Below, piece after piece: positions 26,736-41,000 of a stretch of DNA of 51,623 bases. This stretch comes from Tubiluchus corallicola (lineage: Eukaryota; Animalia; Priapulida): positions 1-51,623 of the forward strand of contig JAQGDQ010001256.1 in the NCBI GenBank assembly GCA_030141605.1. The letters are read 5' to 3'. The notes under the pieces are model-generated. The model saw only the letters and a list, made by a program, of their open reading frames with translations, was not told the origin of the DNA and made no database searches. Made by a program: the position numbers and the translations under genes. Within the stretch, counting starts at the first letter, position 1, and each line of letters opens with the position of its first letter.

Positions 26736-29700
26736 CTGCAAAGACAAAAGCCTGTTGAAAACTTGAAGATGTATTAAAAATTTATAATGCCAATCTATGC
26801 CAACTTCTGCCAACAGATGTCACCACGTTAACTTAATACACAACAGTAAGCTCCGTGAAACTCAAAATCGCATAACTCAAATTGTCGCCTAACTCAAATA
26901 AAAAAATTATGGTCCATTTAACCAAAACATATGTAACTTACTTTGCCTAACTCAAAGAATTTCAGTAGAACGGATAAAATTCTCACAAAAACATCGCTTA
27001 ACTCAAAATTTCACCTAACCCAAATAAAAAATTATGGTCCATTTAACCAAAAACAATGTAATTTACTTCACCCAACTCAAAAATGCAACTAATAATTAAT
27101 CTAGAAAAATAAAAAGACTCGTACAACTCAAAAAACAGTATCGCCTTCCGGGAAAATTCCTTTCATGCGGAACATTTTTGATGCCATTGTTGCACTAAAA
27201 TCAGCTTGAAAAAGTCACAACAACACAGAATTGGTAGCCACACAGTCGTACTGTTTAACCGTGTTGCGTATGCGTCTTTTAGTAACATCAAAAAATCGTG
27301 TTTCACTACATATTTTGTTATTCTTTACGTAATTGTGATCAAATCTCGTCGTTTATGTACAGAAGTGTTGACTTTCTGTCTTCTATTTGGCTCTCACCGT
27401 CTAGGAGGGGGGTTTAGAGTTTCTATGCTGGAAAATGGTCAACATCGCCTAACTCAAAGTTTTTTCGAATTCAGCTCGCCATCTGGAGGGGGGTTTAGAG
27501 TTTCTATGCTGGAAAATGGTCAACATCACCTAACTTGAAGTTTTTTCGGATTTAGTTCGCCGTCTGGAGGAGGGGGTTTAGAGTTTCTATGCTGGAAAAT
27601 GGTCAAGATCGCCAAACTCAAATTTTTGGATTTAGCTCGCCATCTGGGGGAGGGATTTAGAGTTTCTATGCTGGAAAATGGTCAAGATCGCCAAACTCAA
27701 ATTTTCGGATTTAGCTCACCATCTGGGGGAGGGATTTAGAGTTACTATGCTGGAAAATGGTCAAGATCACCTAACTCAAAGTTTTTTTTGGATTTGGCTC
27801 GCCGTCTGGAGGGGGGGCTCAGATTTTCTACACTGGAAAATGGTTAACATCGCCTAACTCAAAGTTTTTTCGTTCCGGTTGGATTTCAGTTAGGCGGAGT
27901 TTACTGTATTACCAATTTACAGTGTTGATTTACAGTCATTTATTAAAGTTTTTGTTGACTCAAACGCAGCTGTATTTGAACCTTGGTCTCTTACACAGAT
28001 CAACACAAGCTGTACTTACGTGGTAACTGCTTAGCCAGGCTGACCTTTGGCGTTCGTCGCGGTTCGTAACACCGTCTTAGTTCCTCTACGTCCGCCTGGG
28101 CCTGAATGATCTCCTCGAACTCATGCTCGTCATGTTTGCTTGACGTGCTCGTCGTCCTGGCAACCGCATCTCTGCTCGCAAAGAACGGATTAGCGGGCGA
28201 GTCCCGTACCACAGGGGTCGCCTCCGACGCATCGAGCGACATGTCGTTACACGACTCGGTCCCTCGATCTCCTCGTTCGCTTTCGTAATTCTCACTTGAC
28301 AGAGACGTTAAGTCCGTCTTTTGACTCACAATACTCATACTACTAGACTCGTCGATTATCGCTAATTCACTGTTTCTATTCTGCACTAAACTAGCGCCCC
28401 TAGTGGCAGCTGTGTCCGTAGTCTTTTTGTCGACTACTTCTTTACAATAGCTGTCAGATGTCTCCATTTTTTCGGGCGCAGATCCGGCAGCCGGATCGTC
28501 CATTTCGGAAATCATCTTCAGTTTCCGTTCAACGCTTTTCTCCGAGTCCACCTGAGGAAGTTCCGTGATTTGCGTGAGAACCGGCGCATCTTCTCCGCAA
28601 ATATCTGAAAAAACAGAGAGTATTAATTGCTGTAAGACATCAAACGAAAAGCATTTGCCTGCTTTAGACAGAACGCATTACACATAACCTAAAGAAGTAT
28701 GATTAAATCTAATTACAGAATTTAGCAATGCCATAAATTATTATTATGAGTTTACTTCGTATAAAAATATACGGTTTACAAAGATAAAGATCTTAGTAAA
28801 ACAGGTAATGCGATATTAGTAAAGTAACATATCTACAGACATTCAACTTTGTAATAACCACACATTGTAGTTCCCTTGTAATTATATTACAGTATACAGT
28901 GTTGTAAGGAGCTATAATAGACATCTTAAAACATAATCTTTAAATGAGTTCTTAACCTTTAATTTTACATTTTCATTTAAATCTACAGTACAACCATATT
29001 TAAATCTTAAATTTACTCGACTGTTATTTACATAGTAGCATAGCTTTGGAATTCTCAATGTGCAAGAGTTTACAATTTTTTTCACAAAGTTTAATTTTCG
29101 ACTATCTATTAAATAATTAGCAGGCATTGTGCCACAAAAATACATTAACAATTTGACGCTTTCATTTAGTCTAAAATCGAATATTTTTCTATAACCAAAT
29201 ACTGATATCTAATTGTCTCAAAAACGCCTAAGTTCTGGCCGCTTCTATGCAAAAGTATATAAAAATTGTCTGCAATCGACTCAAATAACTCCACACAATT
29301 GATTCTATATTTTTATACATAGAAATAAACACGTGGCTACACTGATGTACGTAATGTAAACAAAGTGACGGCCTGTCAACTAGCGGTCAGCTTGTGAAAT
29401 AATGTACTGGGTCAGTAAAAATTTTCTCAACGAATTTACGCGATTTACAGAAATGGTACTACTGGTCTTCCAAAAACTCGGAATTCCGCGTATCCGCGGA
29501 AAATTCTCATCCCCGTTTTAAATAAAGATTATTATTATTATTATAATTATCATCATATTCATCACCACTACTACAGTACCAACGTCATCATTACAATCTC
29601 CAACATTCTCACCTGTCCATGAATCGCCTAACAAGCGACATAACTCTTTCACGATGACATCACAGTCGCCGAGTAGTTCTACATCAAAGTTCATGTGCGG

Positions 29701-32700
29701 TAACGGCTCTCGGTTGATGAGAACTTGCGGAATCTCCGGCGGTATTGAACCTAAGCAAAAAATGCGGATCACAGTGGATTGATGTAACTATTAAGAGAAA
29801 ATTATTAAAGATTTAAAACGTTTTCATCAATTGGTGAAAATGTCATTGACTCACCTACAGAGTGCACCACTCATGCACCAAAAAATGTAAAAACAACAAC
29901 ATATTTTTAATCTTTTAATGAGAAGATATAGTAATTTAAAATTTGCTTATTTAGTGACGCGAATGCTATGAAGGCTCTGATTATCTTTTCAAACTTTACT
30001 CAGTGCTATCTAATCTTGTTTTAAATGACTTATCGTCAAAGTGGCTAACGGTCATTGCGGGAGTTTAAATTACAAGTTTTATACAGCGTTACTGCTGACG
30101 CAAGCCCTGTATTCAAAAAGCCAATACGTACGTGGTGTAAAATTTCAAAAGGAATTTTTATGCTTTATGAAAGTGGAGGGTTTTCTTGTGCTTTAACAGA
30201 AATGCAGAGAGTAAAACCAAATGCTATTCATATATAGAAAGCGTGAAAGTGTTGAAAACAAGGGATATTTTGCAAATTGAAACAAATGATGATGTGACAG
30301 TAGAAAATAGAGAGCCAAACCGTTCTGCTCTAAGATTGCAGAAAATGTTCAGAGCTCTTTTACGTGCAATGACAGACAAGACGGAGGACGAAATAAAGAT
30401 GGATTTAGTCACGACCAGGGCCTATTTCAGGGGGGGGGCTAGCGGGAATACTTCCCCGGGGCCTCACCCCGAGGGAACATTTTTTTTGCTTTATGCGAAC
30501 ATACTGTATAACTCCATATTTTCTCTTCGAAAATGCTTCTCCGGTGTTCTAGTAGTTCAAAAATTTTCTGGGCGCCAACCCCCCCCTCCCCCGAGGAGGC
30601 CACATACGCCCACTTCCCCGGGCCTCGCTTACGCTGAAATAGGCCCTGGTCACGACTACCTTGCCTTCCTGGTCATTTACAAATGTATTCAATATCGAAA
30701 GCCAATTATTCATTGCTAAAAATAATCTGACAATTCAAATTCTTAAATCAGTAAAACGGGTCAACACAGAACATTGGTTCTCAAGGAAATAAAATCTTGA
30801 TGACAAGTACAAATGGAATTTCGATGGAACAGCACACCTAGTTATACAACCAGCTGTCAGTATATAAACGACAATGCGAGCAAACTACTTGTGGTGTGAT
30901 AATAATTCCATGCTTGTAAATTGCAACTGCACGTTGCTAGTTGTTGGTTTGGTTGAGTGATTAATGTATTTACATACTGAAACTCGCACATAAGTGGATG
31001 TATTTAAAAACTTACTAGGTATAAGTGCTACTGGTCGAACTTTTAAAGATGAACCGATCACTATTAACAGATCACATTCGTTTTTGTCATCAGCCATAGT
31101 GCGATGAAATTCCTCTGAAAGACCCTCGCCGAAGAATACGATGTCTGGCTTCATGATGGCATGTGGCGTTTCCGGTGCGCAGTCATCGCAACGTGGTATC
31201 GTCTGTGAATTGAATAATAACATGATGTAGCACATGCGGAATTGAACAATAACATGATGTAGCACATGCGGAATTGAACAATAACATGACATAGCACATG
31301 CGGAATTGAATAATTACATGATGTAGCACATGCGGAACTAAATAATGACATGATGTAGCACATGCGGAATTGAATAATAACATGATGTAGCACATGCGGA
31401 ATTGAATAATTAAGTGATGTAGCACATGCGGAATTGAATAATAACATGATGTAGCACATGCGGAATTGAATAATAACATGATGTAGCACATGCGGAATTG
31501 AATAATAACATGATGTAGCACATGCGGAATTGAACAATAACATGATGTAGCACATGCAGAATTGAACAATAACATGATGTAGCACATGCGGAATTGAACA
31601 ATAACATGATGTAGCACATGCGGAATTGAATAATAACATGATGTAGCACATGTGGAATTGAATAATAACATGACATAGCACATGCGGAATTGAATAATAA
31701 CATGATGTAGCACATGCGGAATTGAATAATAACATGATGTAGCACATGCGGAATTGAACAATAACATGATGTAGCACATGCGGAATTGAATAATAACATG
31801 ATGTAGCACATGCGGAATTGAATAATAACATGATGTAGCACATGTGGAATTGAATAATAACATGATGTAGCACATGCGGAATTGAATAATAACATGATGT
31901 AGCACATGCGGAATTGAACAATAACATGATGTAGCACATGCAGAATTGAATAATTACACGATGTAGCACATGTGGAATTGAATAATTACATGATGTAGCA
32001 CATGCGGAATTGGATAATTACATGATGTAGCACATGTGGAATTGAATAATTACATGATGTAGCACATGCAGAAATGAATAATTACATGATGTAGCACATG
32101 CAGGATTGAATAATTACATGTAGCACATGTGGAATTGAATAATAACATGATGTAGCACATGCCGAATTGAATAATAACATGATGTAACACATGCGGAATT
32201 GAATAATAACATGATGTAGCACATGCGGAATTGAATAATAACATGATGTAGCACATGCGGAATTGAATAATAACATGATGTAACACATGTGGAATTGAAT
32301 AATAACACGATGTAGCACAAGCGGAATTGAATAATAACATGATGTAACACATGCGGAATTGAATGATAACATGACGTAGCACACGTGGATATGAAACTTA
32401 CGCAGAAAATTTTTAAATGGTTTTACGGGTTATCCATTTATCTTAGGATACACAGGCTTAATCGATGAGTTATGAAATTTTAGTTTAGCTGCACAATAAT
32501 GCAAATAGTGTTCTCCCATGGTTGGGCAAAATATTTATTAAAACCTGTTAACTTAAAAAGTTTTCGTTCATGTAAAAAACGCTGCCACCTACTGGCAGAA
32601 TCTTAAGTAATCTGATTATGCGTCCTTCATTTCTAAGAAATTTTTTGGCAGCTTCACTGAAAAAGTTAAAAAGATTTGCAACGAAACTTTAATTCCAGGT

Positions 32701-35700
32701 TAACTTCGCTGCTAGTAAGCCATACAGCTAATGGTTACTCTCGTTAATTCTTATTATGTGAACCAATCTTAATGCAACGAAACTTTAATTCCAGGTTAAC
32801 TTCGCTGCTAGTAAGGCATACAGCTAATGGTTACTCTGCGTAATTCATATTATGTGAACCAATCTTAATGCACTTTCACCAACCTGATTGAATATATCCT
32901 GCTTGATTTCATTTGCATTGACTTTCCGTCTGCAGTTCATACACGTAGCCGTGGCAAAAGAACCTACAGAAGACATTCAAAAAACTCAGACAAAAGTAAA
33001 CACGACAAATAAACAAATGCACAACAATAAACAACTAGTTGACAATGTTTATGACGTGGTCAGAAACTGAAGATTTTGCAAACAATAGTTATAAAATCGA
33101 GTCTTAACAATGAAGAGATGACAGCCTTTGTTTGAAAGTTATTATTTTCACCCTGTTTGAATGCATAAGAAGTGCATTTCTCAATGAAGCCTCAGCATTT
33201 AACTGTTCAGCCTCTCATCCATGGGTCAAAGGTCAACCAATCCCGGCATGAACTTGTATCATCTAGTTTGTGTCACTGAGACCTTTCATTTGATATACTA
33301 CGAGCTGGTTTCAGTTAACACCTAAAGACATTTGTCTCTCGACCCCTATTTTGTCCCTAATGGGTTCTGTGAAGGATTTTAGGTTATTTTATTACTTCAG
33401 TGTTCTCTCATTCTGTAAACCCCCTATACTGTCCTTTAACTGCATTCGTATGTATGTCTTGACTTGGCTTCTTTCTGTCATGCTCTACTGACAGAGCTAG
33501 TTTACCTGGCTAGTTGGCAGTCTGTTCTTGGCTAAGAAAGTTGTTGTTGTTGTTTGTCTCAGTTAAACCATTTATTTGCCAACAGTAGTAGAGCCATGAT
33601 GTAAGTTTATTTTGATTCATGCTCACTTCATTATTAATTTCTTTGTTTCCTTTTTGGCTCAAATTAGTTTGTTATATTTTGTTATGATTTTTCTTACAGA
33701 TAAAACGTAATAAAGCAACTCAAACATGAATTTTTTGACTTTGGGCATCATGAAGTAGTAGTCTCTCACAGGTTCATAAGTCAACGATTCACATTTGTAA
33801 CCTATGCCATTCGACTCGCCTCATCAAGACCCTTCATTACATACGCTAGATGGTACTATTCATAGACACTCGATGAATTTCTGTTCCTGACCCTATTATT
33901 CGGTTCTTGCCCCCTCCTGGTGTCAAAGATCAAGCAATCTCTGGGTAATCATTATCATTCAGTTTGTCTCATTGAAACCCTTCATTTGATATACTACAAG
34001 CTAGTTTCGGTCGACACTGGAAGGTATTTATCTCCTCGACCCCAAGCGGGGGGTCATGGGTTAAGTATTCTTGTTGTGACCTATGCCATTCGATCCGCCT
34101 CATCTAGACCTTTCATTTGATGTGTAACAAGATACCATTGCTCAAAGCTCGATGCACTTCACTTCCCGACCTGCACAAATGTTGGTTGCTATGAACTTTG
34201 CAAGAGCACAATGAAGTTATGTTTAAATCCAGTAGATAGCTCTTCTTGACAAAGATCTGGGCTTGGAGGCAGAAAAAACCCGAAGCAAAATGACAACTTC
34301 CATGATCTACAATCACAGTTTGAAAATAAGAGTTTTTTTTACAATTGCAGTACTAGTTTTTAGAAAGTGGGTGAGGATTTATGAAATTAAATTTTTAGTG
34401 TTTGTTGAACACTTTCAAAATTTGATGCTAGAATATAAATGTCCAATACATTTAGCATTGATTTTTATAAAATATGAAAGATACGCACTAGACCAAATTT
34501 TTGGGTCATTCTACCTTGAAGCATCATAACTGTGCCAACCTAAGGATGATTTTGGTTTGCAAGCAGCACATATACAGCACTTATCAAAAAAAAAACACAA
34601 TACATACCATGGCATTGGATAACTTTACTAATACCAGCTATCTGTTCAAGTGTATCTATATTCTGAGTGTAGTTGCGCAGCAGCTGACCATTTCTCTCTA
34701 TTAGACGTATAAAATTATGACTCGGTGACGGCCGAAACTGACCCGGGTAAATCTCCTGTAAAAATGAAAACAGTTAATAGTCATCGTCCATCTTATGACA
34801 CGTCTAGTGTAAAGAAAACTAAAAATAAATTACAAGTAAGAAATACAACCGTTTTGAAGTTAATTATATAGTTTTTAAAAAAAATTTTTCTCAAAAGCCT
34901 CCCAACTCTCTCTCTTCCCTTAACCCTTTCTGTGCTCTTCATTTCTACTTATTTACCTCTTCACCCTACAGTTTCATTCTTTTTCAATTTCTCCATTCCC
35001 TTTTGCACTAATCTTCTTGTTATATTATAGAATAAACATGATAGATTAAGTAGTCTACAGGGATGAGAATGACAAATTGCAAAAACTCTGAAACAGGCTG
35101 GGAGTTTTGGGGCCACCTAGGCCCCTAATGGGTTTGAGGGGCAAAGCCAGCAACAAATTGCAATTTTGTGACCATATTTTGTGAGCCTCTAAATGGACTT
35201 AAAATATCAATTACCTTGTTTCATGCATAATTTAAAATACCCAACTATCAAGGATACGTGATACCTAATTTTTTCAAAAACGCCTAAGTACTGGCCGCTC
35301 CTATGCAAAAGTATATAAAAACTGTCTGCAATTGACGCAAATAACTCCGCACAATTGATTCTATATTTTTATACATAGAGATCTACACGTGGTTACACTG
35401 ATGTACGTGATGTAAACAAAGTGACGGTCTGCCAACTAACGGCCAGCTTGTGAAATAATGTACTGGGTCCGTAAAAATTTTCTCAACGAATTCACGCGAT
35501 TTACAAAAATGGAACTACAGGTCTTCCAAAAACTCGGAATTCCGCATATCCGCAGAAAACTCTCATCCCTGAGTCTAGCAACAATCAGTGCACCAGAGTA
35601 CACCGTGGGCACTGGACATTTGAGCTTGAACAATCGAATCCAGATTTTTTTTAGTTCTAATGTGACTCAAACCTAAAATTTCAGATTCGAATAACTCACC

Positions 35701-37227
35701 ACTTCAACTGGACATGTTTGTTATCACTAAAGCTTTTGAAAAATCATGCAATCGACACAATTTAGAAGCGCTTTCTTTTAAAATTTTTTTTTGGGCAAAA
35801 TTTTTAAACACGTTATTATCGTTTTTGCTGTAGAACAAAGTCAGGTAATGTGCACAATATTTGTGACACAGCTTTTTGTTAGTGATTCGAAAATTTTTAA
35901 AACTAGATTTGAATTCGGTTTCAAAAACAAATTCAGCAGTTTTTGAACAACAACAAACACACTGAGCGTTGTTAGAATGGACACTGAATTGAATTTTTCT
36001 CTCTAATTACGAAACGATGAAACGCATAATCCACATTTCTCAGTTCTGTATCCGTTAACACTCACCTTAGCAAATTTAAAGAAGGGTCTCGGGTCTCTCC
36101 GGAAGTAGTGAATGTCGAACATCGCTTGCGGATCTGGAAGATCGGGAAAATCGTGGCTCAGGCGAGCGTAGATCCCATCCCTAGAGCGAAAGTCGGGAAT
36201 TCCACACGACACGGAAACCTGAAACCGGAAACAGCCGTGATTAAGCTTAACTCTCGGCGACAAGATCCTTCTAAAAACTGTTGCTCCGGTTATCCGATTC
36301 GTATCCAAACATTGTGATATTCGCGAGATCTTGCAGCTCTTTGTATCCGATATTATCCGGCAGTTAAGAAAATTTTACATTCATAAATATTTCGTAATAA
36401 GTTATTAAAAACGAGTTTGGAATAATTCAACAGTCGAAAGTAATTAAATAAAATGCTAGCGAAAAAACCCAGAGATAATTTTAGGTTACGTTTGTAATTA
36501 ACTCAAATTTTAAGAACATTTTCTTTTGAGTTTAGGTTCAAAAATACGGTGTGTCTTCCAATAGTAATGCATAACAAACGATCATTCAAAGTGACATCTA
36601 AAGATTTCCAGTAATTGTCAAACTCAATGACCTGAGATACAACACGGTGTTATTTGCAAATACATAAATGTATGAATAAAAAAAAAATCCCGCAGTAAAT
36701 GCAAGGTTTGAATTTTCCTTTAGAGAAACAGATGCACTTACTCCTGCTCCTGTTAACACTATGATACTCCGTGAAGACCGGATCAACTGGACTACATCAT
36801 CTAGCGTGTTGACATGATCAAGCTTTGTTCTCTTAGGCGGTTCTGATAAGATATTCACGACTATTCTCCACAACGTGAGATCGTCTATGTCTGGCGGTAA
36901 GCTGACTCCCTGCGGTAGAAGGTCGCGCAGAAGAATGCGGGGGTCAAGACCGTTCAACATCTGCTTCTGCACCCAACCCATGGGTCCTGTAATGACGCAG
37001 TTTAGTTAATGCAGTGGTCTTCAACCTTTTTTAATGCCGTCCACCCCTAGTGGCGATTAAGTAGAAGCTGTACACCCCACCCCTATTCAGCCAATTGAAA
37101 GTAGGAACTCAGCCGTGTGATTCATGACAACCAATGGCGAGACGGTCCCTCTCGTGGTTGTACTATCTGGGTCTTACGAGTAGGCGAGGTGGCAACCTCA
37201 ATGTTACAATAGGTAAATTAGGTAAAT

Positions 37228-37264
<37 letters not shown>

Positions 37265-37277
37265 GAAAGAGAGACAG

Positions 37278-37310
<33 letters not shown>

Positions 37311-37936
37311 AAGAGAGCGAGAGACAGAAAGAACAAAAGACACAAAGGTATGAGGGAAAGAGAGAGCTAGAGAGGAACAAATATATTATTAAATTATAAA
37401 TTATATTATTATATTATATATATATATATATATATATATGAAACTTTATTGCAAAAATTATACACTAGTACAGAGTAAAACAAATTACATCATACATAAA
37501 ATCAGTGTATAATCAATCAGTGACAGAATGATGTAAGCAATTGTGTCAGTTAGTCTAAGTTAAGAATCGTAAGAATAAAAACATTAAAATGCCGTATTGC
37601 ATATCTGTAAATTTGTTTACGTGAGGACATGATGATGACTTATGAAGTATGGTTAATTTTAATACTTTTTGATACTTTTTGCTACTTTTTTGACATGTAA
37701 GTTTCCGTACGAGTCGTATATTTTTATAGTACAGACATTTATATTACTAGAACGTTATGTGTTTTTTATATCATCCAATTATTGATATATTTGACTTCAT
37801 TACTTTAGCAGGGCTAATGGTGTCCGTGTAATCGATACTGTTGTAAAGTGCGGTGAAAGAAAGACGGGGGGGGGGGGTAATGGGGAGGAAGGAGGGGAAG
37901 AAAATGAAAAACGTAAAGAAAAGTGAAGTAAACAAA

Positions 37937-38030
<94 letters not shown>

Positions 38031-41000
38031 AGAGAGAGAGAGAGAGAGCATCTTGCAATTGAGGATCTTGTCCACCCTTCACTATAAGGTGGACTGTCCA
38101 CCCAGGTTGAATAACACTGAGTTAATACATACAATTTCCTAAAAAATAATCACGCTTACAAACTCACAGTTCTGTCACTATAATGTAGTCATACAAAGAC
38201 TGTTCGACCAAGACCTAGCACAAAATTTTTTTAATTTTAATGAATGTTTAAAGCTTTATTGTGGAATATTTAAATTCAGTTGAAATCAAAGTTAGTTTAT
38301 TGCCCAGTGGTTAACAATAATGTCTTTCGTTTTGCATTACTAAATTATCATACAATTATAGACTATTGTACGCTCATATCTCGATTAGCCGGACCTCGTT
38401 TTTACGGATATCTGCTTCCAGTTGTACACTATGCCACAAAAGTATTTCGGACATCTCAGGTGAAGCTGGAATGGGATTCTTGTAAAGTTTTTCCAATGTC
38501 CCTGGTGCCCGTTTGCAACATTTGCGATGCATTAGATTTGGTAGGAAGTATGTATGTATGTTTCATCACAAACTAACACATCTGAACTGAGACATACAGT
38601 ATCTGTTTTCGTGCAATGCGTATACAAAATGCAGGCACTAGTGCCCGTCTAACTAGTGAACGGCAAAGCGCATGTAACAGCGAAGAATTAGTGGTGCAAA
38701 TGTGAAATTGTATTTGTGTGGTAACAGCTGTTTAACATAGGTAATTCTTTAAAAATAGTACGTTTCCTTTCACTATTTTAAATAGTAGATTGTTTTGACC
38801 TACAGTTTAAGAATGGGTCCGGTTTTGCTTTAAGCTGTTGAACCAACTAAGAAACAAGTGGAAATTTCTTTAAACATGTATCAAATAGACAGCAAAATTG
38901 TGGAAAAAACAACAAAAGTTATTCATTGCTCACCGGCACTAAACTTCCAATCTTGTCCGCTGAAGCCACTCAAGTTGCTGGCTTCGCTCAAATTATCGTC
39001 GTCATCATTATTAGCCGTCGACCCCTCGTCATAGTTAACAGCCAAGGAATCAGTTGTGCTCCAATCGGCTAGACTTGACTGATCGGCAGCCTGTTCCGTG
39101 TCTTGATACGGCGAAGCTCGCCCGGACGACGAGGCATTGTCTTGAGACAAAAGAAAAGTGTAAATTAATGCTGTTCTGGTTAATCGATTTTCTCGAAAGT
39201 CAGTCAACCATGACGTCCGACTAAACCCTCCATCATAAACTAACATAACTGATGATAGCTTAATACAATAAGTATAAAAATTTGCACAAACTTTTGCAGT
39301 TTAATTGCAGTGTTGATACCAAGAAACGCAAAATAGTAAAATATTTCAACGAACACAATAACTTATACAAATAGAATGGCTACTTAGCAAACGAAATTGT
39401 CGACGATCAGCGCTGAAAGGTTCAGTATGGGATATCTTGTGCACAGTGCTTGCCGCTTTGTTACACGGTTTACCGTATTCAGGCGCAGGAGTAAAACAAA
39501 AGGCAGCTAATGTTCTAACATCATATTTCACACTGACACCACTCTATAAAATATTACAATTGCTCATTAGTCGATCAGTGTCGTAATCGAACGCAGAAAC
39601 GAGACCGATTGCCAAAACTAGCGTAAAGCGAAATTTGAAATTGCGAATTTCTGTGTGTTTCTCTGTTAATGTTACGCAGCACCAGCACCATAATTCTCAT
39701 TGCACCTGTCACATTTGCAAATGCATGCAAAACATTCCCGAAGGTTTCTCCCACTGCCAAATTTTATGCAGTGGTAGCGCCTTTGCCAATTGCATTGGCC
39801 AGACATTTACTAAATTTCTACGTCAGTATTTGCGAACAATTATGACTAACACAATGTACATTTTAGAGATCAAAATAATGTATCATGCATCATTGTCTAG
39901 AAAATTATGTATGTACAATTTTTATTTAAATTTTAACAAACGAAAAATTTTAATTAAAGGAAAAGTCAAGCCTTCTGGTATGTTATGAAAAATATTAAAA
40001 GGGTTTAGTAATAAAAGTGTGATAAAAGCATCTCATGTTATCAGCAAGGTTATATTAAAGTCGCGATCATTTCACGCTAGGGTGCTTCCGTTTTGAACGC
40101 CATTCTTCTACCAATGATGTCACTCGGCAGAAAAAGTGCACCGCACTATCAATTTCCACAAGAAGTATAATGAGTTTTTACAAAACAATTTGTTATATTT
40201 TTGTACGTTATTAGATAATCTATAGAGGTTTAAATGATTCCAAGCAGCGCAAACTTACAGAAAGCTACGAAGCACACGAGTTTCGTGATAATTTTGAATT
40301 GAAATGGCAGCCACCATCACAAGTGAAAATTTCTATACAGATGTATTACAAATTATTTTTTAACTTTGTGCTTTATAGACAGTTTTTTTGCAAATTGCTG
40401 TTCAGTGTTGCGTTCAGTAATATATCCAGTTTAAGTAATAACAGTAAAATAAACCCAACATACTGAGCAACTTGCTCTTTCCTTTAGCACACCACAAACA
40501 GTTTAAGTGATAACAGTAAAATAAACCCAACATGCTGAGTGCCATGTTCTTTCCTTTAGCACACCACAAACAGTTTAAGTGATAACAGTAAAATAAACCC
40601 AACATACTGAGTGAATTGTTCTTTCCTTTAGCACACCACAAACAGTTTAAGTAATAACAGTAAAATAAACCCAACCTACTGAGCAACGTGTTCTTTCCTT
40701 TAGCACACCACAAACAGTTTAAGTAATAACAGTAAAATAAACCCAACATGCAAAGTGGCTTGTCTTTCCGAACAAAAATGGCTATTCCATGCATTATGAG
40801 CTACAACTCAAACAATACAATATGGAACATTACACGAAAAACACAGCAAGTAAATAAATTCATATCTCCGTTCGCCGGACCTTGCATTTTTAGGAATATT
40901 GAAAGAATCAAACAAAATCTGGACCGTTAAAGTCTCTCATACTACGGACACAATCCGTCGCAAGCTGACCACTAGTTGGTGGGCCGTCACTTTTGTTCAC

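Noticed and set aside
30186-30719. 177-aa plus-strand ORF
   Set aside because: Runs across repeat and MITE sequence antisense within a SIRT1 intron; no domain.
31151-32384. Long Cys/His-rich repetitive ORFs (up to 272 aa)
   Set aside because: Artefacts of a stop-free 32-bp minisatellite read in all three frames within a SIRT1 intron.
37163-38134. (LS)n ORFs
   Set aside because: Translation of (GA)n microsatellites.
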